This document shows, in pieces, positions 60,385 to 64,000 of a stretch of 64,000 nucleotides of DNA. The stretch's first letter is position 1. Every line of letters begins with the position of its first letter. The stretch covers positions 38,662-102,661 of the IMG/VR virus record IMGVR_UViG_3300037067_021615, one strand, 5' to 3'. The position numbers and the translations under genes are program-made. This stretch comes from a virus (lineage: Duplodnaviria > Caudoviricetes). Under the pieces are notes generated by a model, which saw nothing but the letters and a program-made list of their open reading frames with translations, searched no databases and was not told the DNA's origin.

Positions 60385-60389
60385 TGTGT

Positions 60390-60749
60390 TTAATCATTTT
60401 CTATGTTTCTCGATGTCCTACTTCTTTCTACTTCATCTATTTTATCAGAAATAGCAGTTTTCCAACCTTCAGGTAAACTTGCCGTAGCATCTTCTCCTGC
60501 TTCATCTTTATAAACAATGCTTTTGATTTCTTTAGCCACTAATGCTAATTCATTTGTAGAAAGCGAAGCTAAATTAAGAAATGCAACAGCATTTTTTCCC
60601 ATTAATGTAAATTGCTCTGCAGTTTCCATCTGCTCATCTGCCTTCCTATATCTATCTAATGCTAATTCTCTTTCCTCAAGTTTGTTTTCAAAAACTTTTC
60701 TCATTAAATTTAGATAGCCATCTTTTGAAATTTCTAATTTTTCAGCCAT
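60390..60749 (-). CDS. Hypothetical protein
   Basis: Late motif 60763-70. Confidence 0.6.
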   Translation of the reverse strand: MAEKLEISKDGYLNLMRKVFENKLEERELALDRYRKADEQMETAEQFTLMGKNAVAFLNLASLSTNELALVAKEIKSIVYKDEAGEDATASLPEGWKTAISDKIDEVERSRTSRNIEND

Positions 60750-60783
60750 AATTATTTTTTATTATAAATATGTGACTAAAAAA

Positions 60784-61779
60784 TTATTTTTCTCTTTTTT
60801 GTACAAATTCTTGCTTTAAAACCTTATATTCTATTCTAAATCTATGTAATGAATAAGTTATATCTTTTGTTTCTAATCCTGTATTTTCTTTTATCAATTG
60901 ATATACTTGATTTTTATTATAAACTCCTAAAATTTCATGATTTTTAAATATTTGAACAATTGCATCGCCCACCTTTTGGTCATTTTTAGATAAAGAATTT
61001 TTATCTAATTCTGTTTCCATGGAATTAATAATAAAGTTAAATAAATCTTGTGAAGCATCATCTTTAACATAAGGTTTAGGGTCTTCAATTTTTTTATTAT
61101 CAGCCTCCTCTTTATTTGAATCATAATTATAAAGAATTTTTACATTTTTTACAAAGTCTTTTTTTTTACCTAAAAAATAATGTTTAGCTATAGTACCAAA
61201 AAAAGAAAATGATTTTGTTTTTCTCCATGGATTAAAATTAGCAAATTTAAGATATAAAAAAGTATAGCAGTCTTTTTGCTGAGTTTTTGCATCTGTATCT
61301 GGAGTAAATAATTTATAACTAAATAGAATATTCTCTACTAATTTTTTTAGTGGAGTTTCTATTTTCTCTTTAAAAATTCTTTCTCTTTTTTCAACACGGT
61401 CTGGAATTAGTAAAACTTCATTCTTTCGTCTTTCCATTTCATCACAATAAGTTTTATTTACTGCTCTTTTGTTTTCTTTAGCTTCATCTTCTTCTTCTTT
61501 AATTCTATTTTCATAGAAAAATTCATTTAAGTATAAAAAATCAATAATTCCAGTTTCTGTGTCATCAGTCCAATAAGTTTTAACACTTTTTTCGTCAAGT
61601 ATCAAACTGTCATTATCAGTAACCAATTCAGATTCTGATAAATTTTCTTCTTCAAAATCATTTGATAAATGGTTTTCATTTTCATCTGGTTCTTCATAAA
61701 GAAAGCTTAAAATTACATCATCATCATTTTGGTCTTCAAGACTCTGTTTTTTTTTGTTTTTAACTGATTTTCTCTTCAT
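60784..61779 (-). CDS. Putative phage late sigma factor (gp55-like, sigma70 region 2)
   Basis: LKKLVENI..Y..DC...KFANFNP..KSFSFFGTIAKHYFL resembles DCxxx...FDPxK..FxYFxxIxxNxF. Confidence 0.6.
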   Translation of the reverse strand: MKRKSVKNKKKQSLEDQNDDDVILSFLYEEPDENENHLSNDFEEENLSESELVTDNDSLILDEKSVKTYWTDDTETGIIDFLYLNEFFYENRIKEEEDEAKENKRAVNKTYCDEMERRKNEVLLIPDRVEKRERIFKEKIETPLKKLVENILFSYKLFTPDTDAKTQQKDCYTFLYLKFANFNPWRKTKSFSFFGTIAKHYFLGKKKDFVKNVKILYNYDSNKEEADNKKIEDPKPYVKDDASQDLFNFIINSMETELDKNSLSKNDQKVGDAIVQIFKNHEILGVYNKNQVYQLIKENTGLETKDITYSLHRFRIEYKVLKQEFVQKREK

Positions 61780-62701
61780 AAATCTTGTCCCTATCTTCAT
61801 CAAAGAAATATTCTTTTTTAGCTAAATCCATCCAAAATTTTCCTTCGTTTGGAGTAACTCCACCTTTATCAGCCGAAATCTGCATAATATTATGTGGAAT
61901 TTTGCAATATGTATGTTTAAACACATCATTACTTTTGATTTTAAATTCATACCCAATTCTTGGAATACACATTGCTTTTACTCCATTATAAATCATTCTC
62001 ATTAAAAATTCATAATAGTGACTTATTTTTATACTTTCTTTAAATGGATAATATTTATTGTCTTCTTTTTGCTCACTATATTCCTTTATTTCACTTATTT
62101 TAAATATAGCACTTATTGGAACAATACAATTAAATCTATTTAATAAATTTATATCAACTTTTCCGGCCTCTTCTGAAAGTCCTTCAGCCCAAGGTGCCTC
62201 ATTTAATAAACCACTAAAAATTCCATTTACCGTATTTCTTATAATTGGAAAAAAAATTGAAACATTTTTATTTTCTGATGCATAAAAACTAGCTTGCGCA
62301 AACCAATTTAGCCCAATTATATCATTTGGTTCTATTATTGAACAAAATTCATATTCATTTTCCAATGCAATATTAAATGCCTCATTAAATATTTTTGAAA
62401 AATTGTTACTATTTGAAGATTTCAAGAAATAATTTATTTTCCCATCAGTTTCTACTTTTTCTTCCTCTATTTCGTTTTTGTCATTCTTCTTTCTTAAAAC
62501 AATCTTTGGTTTTTTTAAAGATTCTTCTAAAATATTAAGTTGCTCTTTTGAGAACGCTTCTGGGTATAACACCAATAAATCTACATCACATGTTTGTTTA
62601 GAAATACTATAAAAAGTTTCTTCTAATGTGATTAAATTACTCAAATCATCTATATATATAGAGACAAGTATATTACTATTTTTTAAGTCCTTCAAGTTCA
62701 T
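61760..62701 (-). CDS. GT-A (family 2-like) glycosyltransferase
   Basis: TFYSISKQT..FN..IIEPND..YYEFLMR..IPRIGY. Confidence 0.65.
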   Translation of the reverse strand: MNLKDLKNSNILVSIYIDDLSNLITLEETFYSISKQTCDVDLLVLYPEAFSKEQLNILEESLKKPKIVLRKKNDKNEIEEEKVETDGKINYFLKSSNSNNFSKIFNEAFNIALENEYEFCSIIEPNDIIGLNWFAQASFYASENKNVSIFFPIIRNTVNGIFSGLLNEAPWAEGLSEEAGKVDINLLNRFNCIVPISAIFKISEIKEYSEQKEDNKYYPFKESIKISHYYEFLMRMIYNGVKAMCIPRIGYEFKIKSNDVFKHTYCKIPHNIMQISADKGGVTPNEGKFWMDLAKKEYFFDEDRDKIYEEKIS

Positions 62702-63863
62702 TTATTCTTTCGTTTTTATATTCATTAATAATATCTAAAATTCTTTCTTCTTCACCTGTTTCAGTGTATCTTTCAAGAGTCTTTTCGTAAGATTCTTGAA
62801 TTTCTTGTACATCTAATTCCCCATTCAACCATTTATCAATAGCAATTCCTAAAAGTTCTGCTGTTTGGAAAATATCACCATTGACAGTCCAATATCCATT
62901 TTCTGCAGTCACATATTCTTTCCCTCCATATGAATTCCACCCAACAACATGAGTGCCGGACGCCATAGCTTCAAGAGGTAATGTTCCAAATCCAGCAATA
63001 TCGTCAGTATATAAAACAAATGCACAATTTGATAATCTTTCTGAAAATTCTTTTCTTGATAATCCACTTAATTGAATAAATCTTACCCATCTTAAATGAG
63101 GATAAAAAGCTTGAAATGTTTTAATAATATTAAAGGTTTTCATTTGATTTTCTTGCCCTCTATTTCCCATAAATCCAACCATTGGATATTTATCAGATTT
63201 TTTTTCAGGTACTTTAAATAAATTTCTGTTAATTCCTTGTGATAAATTTTTTATTTTTAACCCAGGCATAACGGTATCAAGATATTCAGTTATTGCATCT
63301 GAAACAGAAATTACATCAAATATCCCTAATCCTTGCCATGTTTCTCCAGTGTTTAAAGCATTAAGTACATAAAACCAACTTTGTGCTAAAACAATCTTTT
63401 TACAAGCTACTTGCATAGTTTTTTTCATTACATTTGGAAATCCTTCTGGAATTATAAAAAAATCTTCTGGGTTAATATTAAGCCCAGCGCATTCTTGTTC
63501 TATTCCATCATTATAAAGAATTTTTTTATCTCCTAAAGGAATAAATTCAATATTAGAATAATCAAAATCCAGCCAGGTTGGGTTAAATTTTTCAAAGACT
63601 GCAATTTCTTTATTTTTTTTCCTTGATTCTTCATAAGATGCTCTTTGGTCTTGTCTTGGTTCAAAAACTATTTTGGAATTATATCCAGCATCTTTTAAAA
63701 TTTTTGCTAATTTAATTAAAACCCCAATACCGCCACTTGGACCATTTAATGGAGGGCAATAGAAATAATATTTTGATTCATTACTTCTAACTTTTTCAAT
63801 TACAGATTCAACCAAAGCATTATGGTCAATTTGTGGTGTAACATCATTCATTTCTTTTTCCAT
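62676..63863 (-). CDS. GT-B (family 4-like) glycosyltransferase
   Basis: PSGG, IIPE, GFGTLPLEAMASG..VVG. Confidence 0.85.
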   Translation of the reverse strand: MEKEMNDVTPQIDHNALVESVIEKVRSNESKYYFYCPPLNGPSGGIGVLIKLAKILKDAGYNSKIVFEPRQDQRASYEESRKKNKEIAVFEKFNPTWLDFDYSNIEFIPLGDKKILYNDGIEQECAGLNINPEDFFIIPEGFPNVMKKTMQVACKKIVLAQSWFYVLNALNTGETWQGLGIFDVISVSDAITEYLDTVMPGLKIKNLSQGINRNLFKVPEKKSDKYPMVGFMGNRGQENQMKTFNIIKTFQAFYPHLRWVRFIQLSGLSRKEFSERLSNCAFVLYTDDIAGFGTLPLEAMASGTHVVGWNSYGGKEYVTAENGYWTVNGDIFQTAELLGIAIDKWLNGELDVQEIQESYEKTLERYTETGEEERILDIINEYKNERINELEGLKK

Positions 63864-64000
63864 ATCAAATTTTTACATTTATTTAAACAAATTATACTTA
63901 TTTTTTAAGATAAAATAAACTGTTATTTTATTTTTTTTGTTTTACTAAACTAATTTTATCTTTTGATTTTACTTTTTTTCTTTGTAAAGGTTTTCCTTTG

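Noticed and set aside
309-62285. Short antisense ORFs nested in long genes (e.g. 10136, 17035, 39046, 58991)
   Set aside because: Shadow frames with no promoter motif or recognisable domain
1-64000. Stop-codon reassignment as in crAss-like or Lak phages
   Set aside because: Conserved genes are full length in the standard code, and TAG and TGA both end genes at operon junctions

Overview
A very AT-rich, gene-dense 64 kb segment of a large tailed (myovirus/jumbo-type) dsDNA phage genome read with the standard genetic code. The host is very probably Bacteroidota: five exact TTTG-N19-TAnnTTTG promoters are present, Shine-Dalgarno motifs are not evident, and there is a Bacteroidota-type lipoprotein. 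Layout: 1-23 kb holds thyA, dut, two PcfJ-like proteins, an endolysin, a spanin-like protein and many acidic, probably head-internal proteins. 23-35 kb is a recombination/replication block (intein-containing SNF2 helicase, Hc1-like protein, PD-(D/E)XK nuclease, WYL-like protein, ASCH protein, Mre11-Rad50 fusion, primase, RuvC-like resolvase). 35-61 kb holds baseplate/tail genes. 61-64 kb holds a gp55-like sigma candidate and two glycosyltransferases. Most striking: three unrelated small accessory genes each carry a different fragment resembling a T4-gp23-type major capsid protein (N-terminus, spine helix, C-terminal strands), and two of them lie in host-promoter (early) operons. This suggests a capsid-fragment decoy or interference system. 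Three promoter classes can be read from the sequence. All family assignments come from motif recognition by eye; no searches were run.
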